A stretch of 64,000 bases of DNA from a virus, in the IMG/VR virus record IMGVR_UViG_3300042731_006881, positions 25,748 through 89,747 of that record, one strand, 5' to 3'. Position numbers and translations under genes: made by a program. A model generated the notes under the pieces. That model ran no database searches, had not been told where the DNA came from, and saw only the letters and a list, made by a program, of their open reading frames with translations. This document shows positions 1 to 9,242 of the stretch, one piece after another. Position 1 is the stretch's first letter, and every line of letters begins with the position of its first letter.

Positions 1-321
1 CAGTCTGTGAATTGCAGGAACAATCAGCGCCTCGGTGATTGTCTGCTGGGGGAATGGAAGCTCCTTAGGCCACTGAGTCGTGTTATTCGCGTCACAAATC
101 GCGTTTCCGATCACTGCAGCAGCAAACGCTGCATTGTACTCGTCAATCCAGAGCTGTTCGTCGCTCGAGTTGCTACAGCGATCCTGCATGATCCGTGACG
201 CATCAACCCTTGCTACGCTCTCGTCGTTCGGTGACAGCGCCTTCAGGCCAATCACCACCGGCGACTTCGGTCTCTTCTCCCACGTGTCGCTGAACTCCTC
301 AGGGGACACCGTGACAGACAT
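1..321 (-). CDS. Partial tail-region protein (second chaperone-like ORF), runs off the window edge
   Basis: ATG at 321, frame open to position 1 (MSVTVSPEEFSDTWEKRPKSPVVIGLKAL...); directly downstream of 332..979. Confidence 0.6.
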   Translation of the reverse strand, partial: MSVTVSPEEFSDTWEKRPKSPVVIGLKALSPNDESVARVDASRIMQDRCSNSSDEQLWIDEYNAAFAAAVIGNAICDANNTTQWPKELPFPQQTITEALIVPAIHRL

Positions 322-331
322 TGCTGGAGCT

Positions 332-979
332 CTACGTACCTGCGACGCCTTCATTTGTCGTTGTCTCGTTGTTCGTGGCGGTCGTAGAACTCGCTACGGC
401 ATCGGATCCACCAGAGAATCTGTCCTGCAGTAAGGTCAACAGCAGCCTGACCGTAGTAATGGTAAAGCTCGCTGCTATACCTGGCCGCAAAGAGAAGTAT
501 CTCTCCAGAGCTAAAGGGCCTGCCATCTCCTCCAGGAGCTGCTTGAACTCGTCAGTGTCGGCGTTTCCGACCCTGTGCGTTACCTTCTGCAGTTCGTCCT
601 GGTAGGCGACATGACGGCGAGCGAGCGCCAACACCCCGTCCGCCATGAGTTCTCCCATCTCTTCGATCTGCTGCAGACCTCCATCGAAAAATGGCTCAGG
701 TCGCTTCGGGTCGCTGTCTGCGTCGACAACCCCGATCAAGCAGCGGAAGAGAGACTTTGCGAACTCGTAGACCTCGTCTCCTTCTTGAGGCTCATGCTCA
801 GGATTCCCAGCCTCAGCAGCCTTCTTCTTTGCGTAGGCGCGCGCTCTTGCAAAGACTTCTGACTCTTGTCCTGGACGAAGGGGGGCAAGGCCTACCTCGA
901 CCCTGCCCCCATCACCAACAAGCTCCAGTTCGACCCTCTTGAACTGGGCGTCCCCTCTGCGCACATCGCTCGCCTTCAT
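332..979 (-). CDS. Putative tail assembly chaperone
   Basis: 215 aa acidic protein downstream of the tail tube gene; positional call. Confidence 0.5.
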   Translation of the reverse strand: MKASDVRRGDAQFKRVELELVGDGGRVEVGLAPLRPGQESEVFARARAYAKKKAAEAGNPEHEPQEGDEVYEFAKSLFRCLIGVVDADSDPKRPEPFFDGGLQQIEEMGELMADGVLALARRHVAYQDELQKVTHRVGNADTDEFKQLLEEMAGPLALERYFSLRPGIAASFTITTVRLLLTLLQDRFSGGSDAVASSTTATNNETTTNEGVAGT

Positions 980-990
980 TGTCTACCTCA

Positions 991-1018
991 TTGAAAAGTC
1001 GCGCATGGGCGCTATAAT
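991..1018 (+). promoter_or_regulatory. Sigma70-type promoter antisense to the tail operon
   Basis: TTGAAA (991-996), 16 bp, TATAAT (1013-1018); predicted start ~1024-1025 coincides with the 5' end of a structured RNA. Confidence 0.7.
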
Positions 1019-1023
1019 GGGAC

Positions 1024-1104
1024 GGCTCTACACATGGAAAACCGCTAGGGGCATCGCGGAGTACTCCCGTTCCTACGGCCCGGTTCGATTCCGGGGTAGA
1101 GCCC
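1024..1104 (+). ncRNA. tRNA-like RNA element 1 (acceptor stem + T-arm, no canonical anticodon arm)
   Basis: GGCTCTAC (1024-1031) pairs with GTAGAGCC (1096-1103); T-arm CCCGG-TTCGATT-CCGGG (1079-1095); loop ACATGGAAAA then one long helix. Confidence 0.7.
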
Positions 1105-1133
1105 TAGATCAACCAGTGCGATCAAAGCGGTAA

Positions 1134-1280
1134 TCACCACAACATGTCTAGTACCGTGACGACAATAACGGTGACGATTACGATGACGCCAAACCAGCCA
1201 ACGTAATCATCACCGTCACCAACATCTACTCCACCACCAGTGTCACACGGGCCACGCTGGTCCACCGCGCTATCCGACAT
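1134..1280 (-). CDS. Possible small membrane protein
   Basis: ATG overlaps the end of the tube gene; 48 aa with C-terminal hydrophobic run WFGVIVIVTVIVVTVL. Confidence 0.3.
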   Translation of the reverse strand: MSDSAVDQRGPCDTGGGVDVGDGDDYVGWFGVIVIVTVIVVTVLDMLW

Positions 1281-1638
1281 CCTCAAATTCTGGGCCCTCG
1301 AACTCCCAGTTACCGTCGCTCTTCCCGGATGAATTATCCCAGTCTCCTCCGTACTTGGTGCACACCATCTCAGACTGCTTGAGAACTCCACACCACGGCC
1401 CCAGCGTGATCTTCACGGTATCACCGGCCTTGATTGACGAGACCGGGATGCGTGACACTGGAGCCAAAGAAGTGATGCTCAGGGTTCCTGTGTTTACCCC
1501 TTTGCTTCGTCCTGCGAACCCGTTCTCGATGATCTGGTTTTCTCCGCCATCGGTGACCGTGAAGTTCCCAGTCTTTGTCTCCCCGAGACGCCTGCCGTCC
1601 TTGTATACGGTTATCCCTCGCACTGTGTATCTAGGCAT
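1270..1638 (-). CDS. Tail tube protein (contractile tail)
   Basis: 122 aa beta-rich protein immediately after the sheath gene. Confidence 0.7.
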   Translation of the reverse strand: MPRYTVRGITVYKDGRRLGETKTGNFTVTDGGENQIIENGFAGRSKGVNTGTLSITSLAPVSRIPVSSIKAGDTVKITLGPWCGVLKQSEMVCTKYGGDWDNSSGKSDGNWEFEGPEFEDVG

Positions 1639-1655
1639 TTTATAGCCCTTTCAGC

Positions 1656-3512
1656 TCAGCCAGCAATCTGACGCACAGACTGAGCCATCTGATGTTGGTG
1701 CTTGCGGACCACGCACGGGACAACCGTGTTGATGCGGTCCGTATCGTCGTCGTACTCGCTCACAGGAGGGTTAGCGTCAACGGACTTTAGGTATCCGATC
1801 TTTTCGACATCCTTCAGGTCTGCGAGTACCAGTGCGTTCCAGACTCGAGGGGTACCAACCCCTTCGATCTGCGGCTGACCATCTGGCAAGTCTGGGCCTA
1901 CACCCGGGTTCTCCTCCAGGTATGACTGCGCAAGTGTCCCCATCCTCACACGAACGTACTGTGGGACGGTTACGTCAGCCGTATCCAGGCATCGGTAGTC
2001 AGGGTCTGAACCGTTCAAGCAGTGCGAGCAGATGGATCGAACAATGCGAGTGTCCCCGTTGAAGTCGTTGACCGGTGACACGCCTGCATTCAACAGAGCC
2101 TTTAGCTCAGCGTGGTTCCATCGGTCAGTTGCATGAGCCGGGACATCTGTCCACAACTGCGCCCCAGCATCATTGAACTCGCCATCGTATCTGGTCCACG
2201 GGTCGTTGCTTTCTGCCGCAGCCCGTTGAGCAGCTACCTTTGCAGCAATTTGCGCAGGATGCTTGCGACTGTTTCTCTGCGCGTACACAGCACACAGGTA
2301 TGCGTTCAGAGTGGTCTGAGCCAGGCTAGTAACCTCTGTCAACGTTCCTGTGTGACCTAAAACAACCTGTTCCTTGTGGTTGATGAGCGGTGCTGACTCA
2401 CTGTCAGCATGCGCCTCCCAACGTGCCGCGTTGGTAGCGTCGTTCTGCGCTGACCCGATTCTAGCGTACTCCTCCGCCTCCATCAGGTCGATGATGTTGC
2501 TCACGTCATCGGTCCCGACTCCGCCGTAGAATCTCGTCCACCCGCTCGCCGTCTGCTCTGCTTGCGAGTAGACACCAAAAAGGAACTCACCAGAGGTGTT
2601 GACCTGTGCTTCGATATCGATCTGAGTGATCGTGTCGAAGTACTGGTCGCCAACTAGAACCTCACCTCCATCTGCACCAGTGATAGTCAGCACATCGGTA
2701 ACGGGTGAACCGTCGAACGTACCAGTGAACGTGATAGTTGACCCTGCTACATAGGAACCTACGCTCGCAGACAATGTTGCTGTAGCAAATCGTGGCGGGT
2801 CAATCGTCGCTACACCACCAGAGGCAAGAGCCCCGTTGATGTCCGCTCCGCTGTAGCTAGCTGAGCTTGAACTGGTAGCAATAGCGACCTTCACTCCGTC
2901 GTTGTCCTGCGTCGGTCCGAGCGTGATCACGCAACCGGTCGGAGCTTTGCTCATGTCCAGCTTTGCCAGCCAACTGTTCCCACGCTCACCTGGAGAAGCA
3001 ACTGTCAGCGTGACGTCGTACTCAGTAGCACCACCAACTGATGCTACACAGAACCCGTGAGCCTTTCCATTTACCGCGTTGGCTAGGTTTGTCGCTGTCT
3101 GCTGTGCGCTTGTAGTGTCGATCGAGAACTCGACAGTGTTGTCTCCGAAGTGCAGTTTCGCGGACCCGACCCCAGTACCCAGTGACTCGAAGTTCACGAC
3201 CAGCGTTGCCTGCACACCTCCATCTGGTGACGCAGGGGGAGCAAAGAAGATGCTAGCTCCAGTCCCCGCCGCTGCGAGGTACTGCTGCATGAGCTCGCTA
3301 CGTGCACCAGCAAGCGCAGCGGCCTCTGTTTCTCCGAAGACTTCGACTACATCTAGGTCCGGAGTCATCGACCCATCGCTCGTCATGTTACCGGTTAGCA
3401 CGACCGAACTAGGCAAAGTCGCCACCCTGCGGCCCTGCCCGAACTTGTTCTCGGAGTAGTTACCGGGAACCTTGTCGTCACCGGTCAATCCGGAAAGGGA
3501 AAACAGCGTCAT
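1656..3512 (-). CDS. Tail sheath protein (Mu gpL-like) with an inserted domain
   Basis: N-terminal KVPGNYSE, LAGARSEL, G-x-x-GN motif, C-terminal LLNAGVSP...IVRSI...DYRCLD typical of Mu-like sheaths. Confidence 0.85.
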   Translation of the reverse strand: MTLFSLSGLTGDDKVPGNYSENKFGQGRRVATLPSSVVLTGNMTSDGSMTPDLDVVEVFGETEAAALAGARSELMQQYLAAAGTGASIFFAPPASPDGGVQATLVVNFESLGTGVGSAKLHFGDNTVEFSIDTTSAQQTATNLANAVNGKAHGFCVASVGGATEYDVTLTVASPGERGNSWLAKLDMSKAPTGCVITLGPTQDNDGVKVAIATSSSSASYSGADINGALASGGVATIDPPRFATATLSASVGSYVAGSTITFTGTFDGSPVTDVLTITGADGGEVLVGDQYFDTITQIDIEAQVNTSGEFLFGVYSQAEQTASGWTRFYGGVGTDDVSNIIDLMEAEEYARIGSAQNDATNAARWEAHADSESAPLINHKEQVVLGHTGTLTEVTSLAQTTLNAYLCAVYAQRNSRKHPAQIAAKVAAQRAAAESNDPWTRYDGEFNDAGAQLWTDVPAHATDRWNHAELKALLNAGVSPVNDFNGDTRIVRSICSHCLNGSDPDYRCLDTADVTVPQYVRVRMGTLAQSYLEENPGVGPDLPDGQPQIEGVGTPRVWNALVLADLKDVEKIGYLKSVDANPPVSEYDDDTDRINTVVPCVVRKHQHQMAQSVRQIAG

Positions 3513-4031
3513 CTATTCGGTCTCCAGTTCGTTGATGAGGTCTGGTACCACGACAGTGGTCACTGCGACCGTGTTTGCAGCGGATGTGACCTCTTTCGTA
3601 GGCGGGTCGATCCAGTCAACCACTTGGTCTGTTTTTGCTAGCTTCCTAGCAACGATGCGCGCGTCATCCACGCTGACCAGTGCCTTCCCGCACGCTTGCG
3701 CAGTGGCTGCATCAGCTGCAAGCAGCGCGCCCTCCCTGATACGATCACGATAGAATCGGGTATCTGGTATCTGGAACGGGGTGCGCTTGAATTGCCACGT
3801 CACATCCCAGCGCTTGCTTGGGTCTGATGCGTCACCGTTCTCCGCCCCTTCCCGCAGCAGTGCAGGGGAACGGTTGAGCTGTGCCCCGACGTGTCCTCGC
3901 ACCTCGGCGCTACTCGCCTTTCCGGGGTCGTAGTACCTCGGGTCTCGAGGGTCAATGGGGCATGCGCAACATGGGCGCCCAAGATGGTCGACGGTACGGT
4001 ATGGATTCGTCGCAACGACGAGCATTTTCAT
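3513..4031 (-). CDS. Hypothetical virion-region protein
   Basis: 172 aa ORF abutting the sheath start; FYRDRIREGALL resembles small Mu-like pre-sheath proteins. Confidence 0.5.
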   Translation of the reverse strand: MKMLVVATNPYRTVDHLGRPCCACPIDPRDPRYYDPGKASSAEVRGHVGAQLNRSPALLREGAENGDASDPSKRWDVTWQFKRTPFQIPDTRFYRDRIREGALLAADAATAQACGKALVSVDDARIVARKLAKTDQVVDWIDPPTKEVTSAANTVAVTTVVVPDLINELETE

Positions 4032-4061
4032 GATGTGTCTCTCCCGCCTAATGCGGCGTTC

Positions 4062-4781
4062 TTAGTCGTTGGAAACCACATCCGTCTGCACGAATGCGGG
4101 TGACGTGTTACCGTTCTGGTTGGTGGTCAAACCTATGGATGAACCAATGCTGGTTGGTGTGCCTGGTCTGAAGTACTCGACGACAGCGAACTCAAAGTAG
4201 GCAGCTTGGTACTCAGCTCGACCGTGTTGCAGGTCGATTGGGATTTCTGCCTGCCGAGCCACTGTCATCCTCATCTGGTCGAACCCGCACCGGTCCAGGA
4301 TGTTGCTCCCCCAACGTGGAGCAGCTACATCCGTGTCGTCGTAGTCAACCCAAGCCGGGTCCCTCCACTCTGGCTCGCCTTCAAGTGCGCCATGAAGCGC
4401 AGCAGTCAGTCCAGACAGCACTCCGGACCTGCGAGCCAAGTCGAACTGGGTGCAGGGAGGTAAAACCAACAGGAGTACGATGTTTCTCTCGCGACCAAAC
4501 AGTGCATCAGCAAACCGCTTTGGAGCCCCTTCGTCGCTGTAGCAGAACAGCGCTGGAAGCCCTGAGTCAGCACCGAAATCTGCACGCTCAGGGCGGTGGC
4601 TGACGACACGACGGACGATTGGCTCCCCTGGAGCAACATACGCCCACGCAGTACCGCACTTCGCCTCGATTATGTTCTTCGCCCACCGCAGCAATGTGTC
4701 GATAGACGTGTCGCTCAGCGCGTGAGAGGGGGATGCTGGAGCCTCTACTGGAAGTAGAACTGCTCCGTAGCTGTCGGACAC
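4062..4781 (-). CDS. Putative tail terminator / neck protein
   Basis: LPALFCY motif; position between head-tail genes and sheath. Confidence 0.45.
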   Translation of the reverse strand: MSDSYGAVLLPVEAPASPSHALSDTSIDTLLRWAKNIIEAKCGTAWAYVAPGEPIVRRVVSHRPERADFGADSGLPALFCYSDEGAPKRFADALFGRERNIVLLLVLPPCTQFDLARRSGVLSGLTAALHGALEGEPEWRDPAWVDYDDTDVAAPRWGSNILDRCGFDQMRMTVARQAEIPIDLQHGRAEYQAAYFEFAVVEYFRPGTPTSIGSSIGLTTNQNGNTSPAFVQTDVVSND

Positions 4782-4783
4782 GA

Positions 4784-5314
4784 TTACCTCCAGATTGCAG
4801 CGATTCGCTTTTCAACCAGCTTCGCTGATTCGATCATCGTGTAGTAGCCCTTGCGGGCTGCCAGCGACATGAACCAGGTTGGTTTGGTGCCGGGGTGATT
4901 GACGCGAGGGAACGAGACCAACCGACCCATCTTTGCCCAGTAGAAGACGAGGCGACCAGTCACTTTCTTCTTGCGTGACCGAGACTGCCCCTGTTCCATT
5001 GGTCCAACGAATCCGCGAGCTGCCTTTGCTACGATAGGGTGAGGACTCGTTCCCCACTCGACGTGTGCCGCGTATGGGGCCGTTGCCTGGATGATGGCGT
5101 CCCAAATCCTGCGAACGCGCCTGCTTGCTGGCTGAAATCCTAACGACCCTCGAAGTCGTCCACTGCGATCTCGGAACTTCGTTGTAGCCTTCGCGTGCTC
5201 CAGCGCCGCCTTTGCTCCAGCGTTGGCTGCATCCTCTGCTGCGTACTCCATCTCATTGATGGTCCGCTCCTTGAGGCGATGGTAATCCTCTAGGTCAAGG
5301 CGACATCGAATCAT
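4784..5314 (-). CDS. HK97 gp10-like neck/tail completion protein
   Basis: DRSGRLRGS, APYAAHVEWGT and HPGTKPTWFM motifs. Confidence 0.75.
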   Translation of the reverse strand: MIRCRLDLEDYHRLKERTINEMEYAAEDAANAGAKAALEHAKATTKFRDRSGRLRGSLGFQPASRRVRRIWDAIIQATAPYAAHVEWGTSPHPIVAKAARGFVGPMEQGQSRSRKKKVTGRLVFYWAKMGRLVSFPRVNHPGTKPTWFMSLAARKGYYTMIESAKLVEKRIAAIWR

Positions 5315-5782
5315 TCAAAACATCCCGAATCCGCCACGGTAGAACGATGTTGTGGAGTCGTCCTCAACATCTGGGATCACATCACCGCCAACGTTGCTCG
5401 GTTCGTTTGGAGCCCCTTCAGTGTCGACCTTGGTGAAGCTCTTCCTCAGCATTGAAAGGTCTGAGTTCACTGCCTTCATCATCTCAACCCAGTCGTGCCC
5501 AGGGCACGCGGCAGGGTGACGCTTGACGGCCATGTACTCGCACACATCAAGGGTGAGCCGAACTACCTCATGAGCTTCCCCACTGTCTATCGCTGACTGC
5601 ACTTCTTCCAGCGAAGTGATGCCTCTCAGATACCCAGCAACCTTGCTGGTTGCGTCAAGACGTAGCTGAGTCAATGGGGACGTGTCGGCGAAGCCGTCAC
5701 CGTCGTCGTCATAGAGCCTGTCAACCCCAATAGACGACAGACGGCTTCGTACCTGAGCTTCGGTTACGAACTCCCACGCCAT
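5315..5782 (-). CDS. Head-tail connector (Mu gp36-like)
   Basis: DATSKVAGYL helix pattern; position after capsid genes. Confidence 0.6.
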   Translation of the reverse strand: MAWEFVTEAQVRSRLSSIGVDRLYDDDGDGFADTSPLTQLRLDATSKVAGYLRGITSLEEVQSAIDSGEAHEVVRLTLDVCEYMAVKRHPAACPGHDWVEMMKAVNSDLSMLRKSFTKVDTEGAPNEPSNVGGDVIPDVEDDSTTSFYRGGFGMF

Positions 5783-5817
5783 GACATCACTCAGTCAGCA
5801 ACTCGAAACGCGCAGGT

Positions 5818-6339
5818 CTACTCCAGCTCCTCGACCAATGCAGCTAGCCTGCGAGCGTCGTTTTCCGTTAGTGTGATGACGGATCCAGGTCGCCGCACGC
5901 GGCGATCTATGATCACGGCTCCTGGACCAACGACACGGTACTTTCCGGCTCTGCGCTTCTGGTAGTGGTCTGGTGGTAGCACCTGTTTTCCTAGACCAAG
6001 CTTTACCCTCTCACCGTACTCGCGAGCCTCTTCGTCCGTCAGCTCAAGTACGGTTCCAGGGCGGAGCAGGTCCGTGTTGCGCATGGTCATCTCCTTGCCA
6101 TCTGCCGCAATCTTGGTGGAGATTACGGTGCGCATGATAGCCATAACAACGTGGTAGGTGCGAGTCTCGACCGCTTCATTCGTCTCGACCTCGTCATTCT
6201 GAGGCTTTGTTGAACTCGCTGATCCGTGTTCTCTTGAATCGAAGAGATCGGAAGGTTTTTGAACCTCTGAAGATTGCCCAGATGAATCCTCAGAAACGGA
6301 GGGGGATCGATGCCCCCCTCTATTCTGATTCCTGGACAT
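5818..6339 (-). CDS. Hypothetical protein with two short internal repeats
   Basis: RPGTVLELTDEEARE and RPGSVITLTENDARR; follows the capsid gene. Confidence 0.55.
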   Translation of the reverse strand: MSRNQNRGGHRSPSVSEDSSGQSSEVQKPSDLFDSREHGSASSTKPQNDEVETNEAVETRTYHVVMAIMRTVISTKIAADGKEMTMRNTDLLRPGTVLELTDEEAREYGERVKLGLGKQVLPPDHYQKRRAGKYRVVGPGAVIIDRRVRRPGSVITLTENDARRLAALVEELE

Positions 6340-7476
6340 TTATCCGATAACTCCGGTTAGTAGGTAGCCGCACGATGACGAGATGACCTTCGATGAATCA
6401 GAGAAAGCCACCTTCGTGATGTACTCTCCCCAGCCACCAACGTTTGGCTCAAAGTGCTCGAGCTCCATCATCGGCTCCTCAAGCGTGATGCCAAAACAGG
6501 CGATCTTCTCCTGCACAACGCGAGGGACCTTTACGACACCGAACACGCTAGGCCAGAGATTCGTCCACGATTGCGTAGCCCCTTCGTTTGCGGTCTGCTC
6601 TCGAGCCTTGCCGACCAACAGATCGTCAACCTCGAAGTACTCCGCGAGCATTTGCCGACTCAGGGTCTCTCTACCCGTGTATTTGAACTGTTCTCGAATC
6701 GTCGGGTGACGCTTCAGAACGTTGAAGACGCGCTCGTTGCAGAAAGCAACCGTGTCCGTCTCCGCGATGCCAGAGAACAGCTCAGCCTTTGCGGCGTCAA
6801 CAGATCCAGCAGGATCTCCACCAAGGTCAGTATTCCACTGGTCAGCAGCAGAGATTGCTGCTGTGTTCGACCCGAAACTGGCCGAGCTTCCTGCGATTGC
6901 AACGATGCGTTTCTCCTGATTGAGCCTGAGTCCGTTGACTACCAGAGGAAGTCTTGACGCCAATGCCAACACTGGAGCATCCATCGCTGCTCGAGATCTC
7001 GCATCAACCGATCCCTGCAACGCATGAGGATGCATCGTAGCGGTTTGCTTGACGAACCCTGCGTTGATGTTGTTCACCGACCCACCAGTACCAATGGTGT
7101 CGTCTGGAGCCTCGAACATCGTTTCCTTGTCGAGCTCCCACCAGGTCGCAGCATCGGTGCCAAAGCTGACTGGGAAGGAAGGCATCAATCGCAGACCAAT
7201 GTACTCATCATTGGTGTACGCAACGCTCATGTTTTGGAGCACTGACGTGGTCTGGACTGAACCAGGGGTAAGGTTCAGCGAAACCAAGTCATTGATTCCG
7301 ATCTTCCCCTGCCACATCTCGTATTGAGCGCGCAACCTCTGGTTGGCTGCTTCGATTTCGCTCTTGTGCTTGTCCGGGGTGTTCCGGAGAAACTCGAGCG
7401 TCGCTGCGTGGAGCTTCTCCCATCGCAGACCGTTTTTGCTTCGGGCCACGAAGTCGCGGCTGTGTTCGATCGTCAT
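6340..7476 (-). CDS. Major capsid protein
   Basis: Downstream of protease and cement genes; LQNMSVAYTN, W...GDP, FNVLKRHPTI, LAEYFEVD patterns of HK97-fold capsids; start set at ATG 7476. Confidence 0.8.
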   Translation of the reverse strand: MTIEHSRDFVARSKNGLRWEKLHAATLEFLRNTPDKHKSEIEAANQRLRAQYEMWQGKIGINDLVSLNLTPGSVQTTSVLQNMSVAYTNDEYIGLRLMPSFPVSFGTDAATWWELDKETMFEAPDDTIGTGGSVNNINAGFVKQTATMHPHALQGSVDARSRAAMDAPVLALASRLPLVVNGLRLNQEKRIVAIAGSSASFGSNTAAISAADQWNTDLGGDPAGSVDAAKAELFSGIAETDTVAFCNERVFNVLKRHPTIREQFKYTGRETLSRQMLAEYFEVDDLLVGKAREQTANEGATQSWTNLWPSVFGVVKVPRVVQEKIACFGITLEEPMMELEHFEPNVGGWGEYITKVAFSDSSKVISSSCGYLLTGVIG

Positions 7477-7510
7477 ATCATTCCCCTTCAGGATGGTCAG
7501 AATGGTTGGG

Positions 7511-7960
7511 TTATGCCGCTGCTCCGCCGGCGCATCCTGCTGCAAGGTTGCAGCCAACTAGTTGCCCAGCCCCCGTTGCGCTTTCGGTCATCTGCCCGAC
7601 GATGTGGCTCGCTACAGCTCCGCCGTGCGTGACGTTGACAACACCTCCGCTGCCAGGAGCGCATAGAGACCCCTTGGTGAGCCCAGCAGCAGTTGCTCTC
7701 ACCGGAATCACAACTGGAGACCCGCGTAGCACCACGGTCACTCTCTCCCCTGCAGTTGCCGTCCAGGGCCGAGTGTCGCTCGGAGCAAGGTCTTCGTTGG
7801 AGTATGCAACTCCGTAGTAGACATCGTCGTCGCTGTCGCACTCGACGATGTCTCCGCTCGACAGCATTACTGGCATGCCCTGCCGAACAGTGTTTCCTGT
7901 CGCCACACTTAGCACCTCAGTGATGGCATTCTGAAGGTTCTTTCTCGTAGCCTTCGACAT
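7511..7960 (-). CDS. Capsid cement/decoration protein
   Basis: YYGVA...AGERVTVVLRG...VGQMTESATGAGQLV, DUF2190-like pattern; between protease and capsid genes. Confidence 0.7.
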   Translation of the reverse strand: MSKATRKNLQNAITEVLSVATGNTVRQGMPVMLSSGDIVECDSDDDVYYGVAYSNEDLAPSDTRPWTATAGERVTVVLRGSPVVIPVRATAAGLTKGSLCAPGSGGVVNVTHGGAVASHIVGQMTESATGAGQLVGCNLAAGCAGGAAA

Positions 7961-7985
7961 GTTTCACCTGTCTAAAAGACTGCGC

Positions 7986-9185
7986 CTAGACGCATGCTTT
8001 CTGGTTTAGGTAGTCGCAAGCGCTCTCGCTGGAGTCCGTGGTTTCCGACACGACCTCTCTGGATAGCTCGTTGGTTTCGTTCGCGATGAGCTGCTTGCTC
8101 GTCGCAAGGTCGGCACGCCGCGCCATGCGTTCTGCAAATGGCACCTTGCCGAGTCGTCGTCGGTCCTCGCGCAGGTCATCCAGCTCACCAGCGTGGCACT
8201 TCTTACCGACGTATGACTGGATCTCGCTCTCGATCGCGTCGCTTTCGTACTCGTCTCGTTCTGTTCGAACCCTCACAAGCTCCTCGTTGGCGACAGCCAG
8301 GTCTCTGGCTGCAGCTGCAACGTCTGCGGACAGCTGCTCTACCTTTTCGTTCAGCTCTCCAACCTGCTTCTCGTGCGACTGCGCCAGCTCCAGAGCAGCC
8401 TTCTCGTTCGAGCGAGATGCATCTAGAAGCTTCTCCAGCTCCGCGAGCTTCGCTCTCAGCTCATTTTCTTGCATGCTTTTCTCCTGGCCACTCGCGGCCG
8501 GTTGAGGTTCGTTGTTACCGCTGCGCTTGGCGCACTCAGCCACACGTTGAGCAAGGTACGCTCTGCGCTCTTCTCTGCTGCCTAGCGAGTTCGAAACAGC
8601 ATTCGCGTTTGCCCCAATTGGGCATACGGAAAACTCGAACAATTCGTTGTCCGACAACACGTACCGCTCCACATCGTCGTGGGTCTCCACCTTCACGGTG
8701 TGTGGATAGAATCCGACGGACCCAGCGCGCAGGAATTGCGATCTTACTAGCTGCCAAACAGCCTCAATTCGCTCCCCATCGCTCCCCATCTTCGCAATGA
8801 CTTCCTCGGGGATGAACTGGACTGTCCCTGCTAGGTAGTATCCGTCTGTCTTGTTCCCCTTACGTTTCAGCGTATCAGGAAGAATCCTTCCTACAGGGAA
8901 TGTCTCTCCTTGTGTGAGTCCACTTCCTCCGAACCATCCAGCTCCTGATTGTCGGTTGTGGGAGTACAAGACTACTGGGTTCTTCTTGAACCGCTCAAGC
9001 CTCCATGTCTGCTCGACGATCTCGTCGTAAGAGTCAACGGTGTCGTCGCTCAGAACGTATTCGACAGTTCGCTTCTCTTCGTCAATCGACAGCAATCGCG
9101 CTCCAGCCCACGCGAGTCTGCGACTCACGGCCTGGGAATCGCTCTCTGGTTGCTGAAGAAGCTCAGCACCGTTTCTAACGGTCAT
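7986..9185 (-). CDS. Prohead protease with C-terminal scaffold
   Basis: DSYDEIV, FKKNPVVLYSHN, GSVGF, LFEFSVCPIGANANA (HK97-type protease) plus coiled-coil tail. Confidence 0.9.
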   Translation of the reverse strand: MTVRNGAELLQQPESDSQAVSRRLAWAGARLLSIDEEKRTVEYVLSDDTVDSYDEIVEQTWRLERFKKNPVVLYSHNRQSGAGWFGGSGLTQGETFPVGRILPDTLKRKGNKTDGYYLAGTVQFIPEEVIAKMGSDGERIEAVWQLVRSQFLRAGSVGFYPHTVKVETHDDVERYVLSDNELFEFSVCPIGANANAVSNSLGSREERRAYLAQRVAECAKRSGNNEPQPAASGQEKSMQENELRAKLAELEKLLDASRSNEKAALELAQSHEKQVGELNEKVEQLSADVAAAARDLAVANEELVRVRTERDEYESDAIESEIQSYVGKKCHAGELDDLREDRRRLGKVPFAERMARRADLATSKQLIANETNELSREVVSETTDSSESACDYLNQKACV

Positions 9186-9242
9186 CTGGTCACCAAACCC
9201 CGCGCTTGGCGGTCCTCGTAGTGTTCAGTTAGGTAGCGACGA

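Noticed and set aside
1024-1104. Canonical tRNA or tRNA-Sec call for element 1 (8/5 stem geometry)
   Set aside because: No D-stem, no 7-nt anticodon loop and no variable arm; kept as tRNA-like only
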